A stretch of 26,979 nucleotides of DNA from an uncultured Acidimicrobiales bacterium (lineage in GTDB: Bacteria; Actinomycetota; Acidimicrobiia; Acidimicrobiales; UBA10347): positions 62,001 through 88,979 of the forward strand of contig CALSSD010000021.1 of NCBI GenBank assembly GCA_943788915.1. Direction: 5' to 3'. Under the pieces are notes generated by a model that searched no databases, was not told the DNA's origin, and worked only from the letters and a program-made list of their open reading frames with translations. The translations under genes were made by a program, and so were the position numbers. Below are positions 25,516 to 26,979 of this stretch, piece after piece (position 1 is the first letter of the stretch; each line of letters starts with the position of its first letter).

Positions 25516-26106
25516 ATGCACATCCTCGTTATCCGCCACGGCCAACCTCACGACGAATCCAAGTCCGGTGGTGATGGCGATCCGCCGCTGAGCGAACTCG
25601 GTATCTCGCAGGCGCAATCCATTGGCGACTATCTCAGCGGCGAACAGATCGACCATGTCGTCGCAAGTCCAATGCTTCGGGCTCACCAAACCGCGCTGCC
25701 TCTCTGTAAACGACTGGGCATCGAACCTGAACTCGACGATGACCTGAAGGAGGCTGGCTGGCAGGCCGGGGCCTATATGCGAACCGAAGAGAACATGGGC
25801 TTCTTCAAAGACCGGATAAGCGACGATCCCGACTACCTCTACCGTCCCGAGGGCCGCCACGTGTTCAACGAGCGGGTCATCCGCGCCTTCACCAAGGTCC
25901 GCAACAACCACCCGGGTCAAACCGTGGCCGTCTTCTGCCATGGCATGGTCACCACAACATTCCTGTCGACCGTGCTCGGCTTCGAGCCAGGGCCTCGGGA
26001 CTTCCACGCCCACTACACCGGGCTGACTCGGGTGCGTGGTTCCTCAACGTTGGATATCTGGGGACTCGACAGCTTCAACGAAACGATGCACCTTCGCCAC
26101 CTGTAA
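25516..26106 (+). CDS. Histidine phosphatase (phosphoglycerate mutase-like) family protein
   Basis: VIRHGQP, LSELG..QA, SPMLRAHQTA, DLKE, VFCHG. Confidence 0.92.
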   Translation: MHILVIRHGQPHDESKSGGDGDPPLSELGISQAQSIGDYLSGEQIDHVVASPMLRAHQTALPLCKRLGIEPELDDDLKEAGWQAGAYMRTEENMGFFKDRISDDPDYLYRPEGRHVFNERVIRAFTKVRNNHPGQTVAVFCHGMVTTTFLSTVLGFEPGPRDFHAHYTGLTRVRGSSTLDIWGLDSFNETMHLRHL

Positions 26107-26124
26107 TCAGCTGTAATCAGCTGT
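26101..26124. repeat. 10-bp tandem duplication (CTGTAATCAG) spanning two convergent stop codons
   Basis: ctgtaatcag ctgtaatcag ctgt, read directly. Confidence 0.85.
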
Positions 26125-26461
26125 GTTGGCCCCGCCGATCGTCATCACGAACGTTGCGACGCTGCCGTTTCGAGGTGCGACGCAACGACAGGCTTCCAAA
26201 GCCAGAGATCACTGCCACGTAGAAACCCACGTCGTACCAAATGCCGTCGTTATTCGGCTCATAGATGCGAATATCGCCGTCGAAGACGTGACCAACCAGC
26301 GCAAACGGAGCGATCCAGCCATGCCAGATCCCCGTGAAGAAGCCCGCGGTATCCCCGGGTGAGTACGTGCCGTTGCCGGCCGCACATCCGGCAAGGACAA
26401 TGAGCACCGCAGCGAGACCCAGAAACCGCAGACCCAGAAACCGCAGGGCACGAAAGCGCAT
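26117..26461 (-). CDS. Small membrane lipoprotein, conserved hypothetical
   Basis: Lipobox LAGC after a hydrophobic signal; GFFTGIWHGWIAPF..IYE.NN.G.WYD.GF. TAGAGT lies 6 nt before the ATG. Confidence 0.75.
   Translation of the reverse strand: MRFRALRFLGLRFLGLAAVLIVLAGCAAGNGTYSPGDTAGFFTGIWHGWIAPFALVGHVFDGDIRIYEPNNDGIWYDVGFYVAVISGFGSLSLRRTSKRQRRNVRDDDRRGQHS
26415..26444. repeat. 15-bp tandem duplication in the lipoprotein signal peptide (LRFLG x2)
   Basis: AGACCCAGAAACCGC x2, read directly. Confidence 0.85.
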
Positions 26462-26603
26462 GCCTCGACTCTAGGCGAACGCTGGTTCGCGGGCTCCACG
26501 ATCAATCTGGTGCAGTGAGAGAGCTGACGAGATCACGAAACAATGACCTGGCATCGATAAGGCCCGACCATTCCAGGGTGTTCTCAATTACCCTTGCGGA
26601 CCT

Positions 26604-26979
26604 ATGAGCGAGCTTGAAAAAGCCTACGTCCCGGCCGATGCCGAGGCTGCGGTCACCGCCAAGTGGGACGCGGCACACGCATTCCATGCCATGCCTGTCG
26701 ACGCGGGGACTGACACCTACTCCGTGGTGATCCCGCCACCGAACGTCACGGCCGCGCTCCACCTTGGCCATGCGCTCAACAACACGTTGCAGGATGTGCT
26801 CATCCGCTTCAACCGCATGTTGGACAAACCAACCTTGTGGATGCCTGGCACTGACCATGCTGGCATTGCCACCCAGACCGTTGTCGAGAAGCGACTCCTG
26901 GCCGATGGCATCAAACGACTCGATATGGGGCGCGAAGCATTCGTCGAGACCACCCAGGCGTGGAAGGACGAATACGAGG
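26604..26979 (+). CDS. valS: Valine--tRNA ligase, 3'-truncated by the window (not in the ORF track)
   Basis: Manual translation from ATG 26604: MSELEKAY...YSVVIPPPNVTAALHLGHALNNTLQDVLIRFNRM..TLWMPGTDHAGIATQTVVEKRL..GREAF..WKDEY. Confidence 0.95.
   Translation, partial: MSELEKAYVPADAEAAVTAKWDAAHAFHAMPVDAGTDTYSVVIPPPNVTAALHLGHALNNTLQDVLIRFNRMLDKPTLWMPGTDHAGIATQTVVEKRLLADGIKRLDMGREAFVETTQAWKDEYE

Noticed and set aside
26462..26603. T-box riboswitch upstream of valS
   Set aside because: The spacer is only ~140 nt, is shared with a divergent gene and lacks a recognisable UGGNACC T-box bulge and Stem I.

Overview
A GC-rich actinobacterial chromosome segment. Gene content and frequent leaderless-type promoters suggest Acidimicrobiia, which is an inference. 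Left to right it holds: a 5'-truncated fused indolepyruvate:ferredoxin oxidoreductase, Sua5/TsaC, two hypothetical proteins, a small accessory islet (VapC + Phd/YefM toxin-antitoxin pair and an excisionase-like HTH gene, no integrase), an acyl-CoA dehydrogenase, a DipZ-like thioredoxin + CcdA-like pair, and an MFS transporter. The centrepiece (12224-20143) is a five-gene reductive pyrimidine-catabolism cluster: beta-ureidopropionase-type nitrilase, class III aminotransferase, dihydropyrimidinase, MmsA and an F420-dependent LLM oxidoreductase of the TIGR03842 type, with a divergent MocR/GabR regulator. The cluster has no PreA/PreT (PydA/PydX) dihydropyrimidine dehydrogenase, so the LLM enzyme is the best candidate for an F420H2-dependent uracil/thymine reductase. 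After it come a VOC protein, a REP-like hairpin, YbaK, a decayed SDR pseudogene, a GT4 glycosyltransferase coupled to an NYN-LOTUS gene, a Cys-rich Rv2712c-like protein, a histidine phosphatase, a small lipoprotein and the start of valS (absent from the ORF track). Several single-base frameshifts in short homopolymers look like sequencing errors. Short tandem duplications recur at gene ends. All family calls come from motif recognition; no database search was run.
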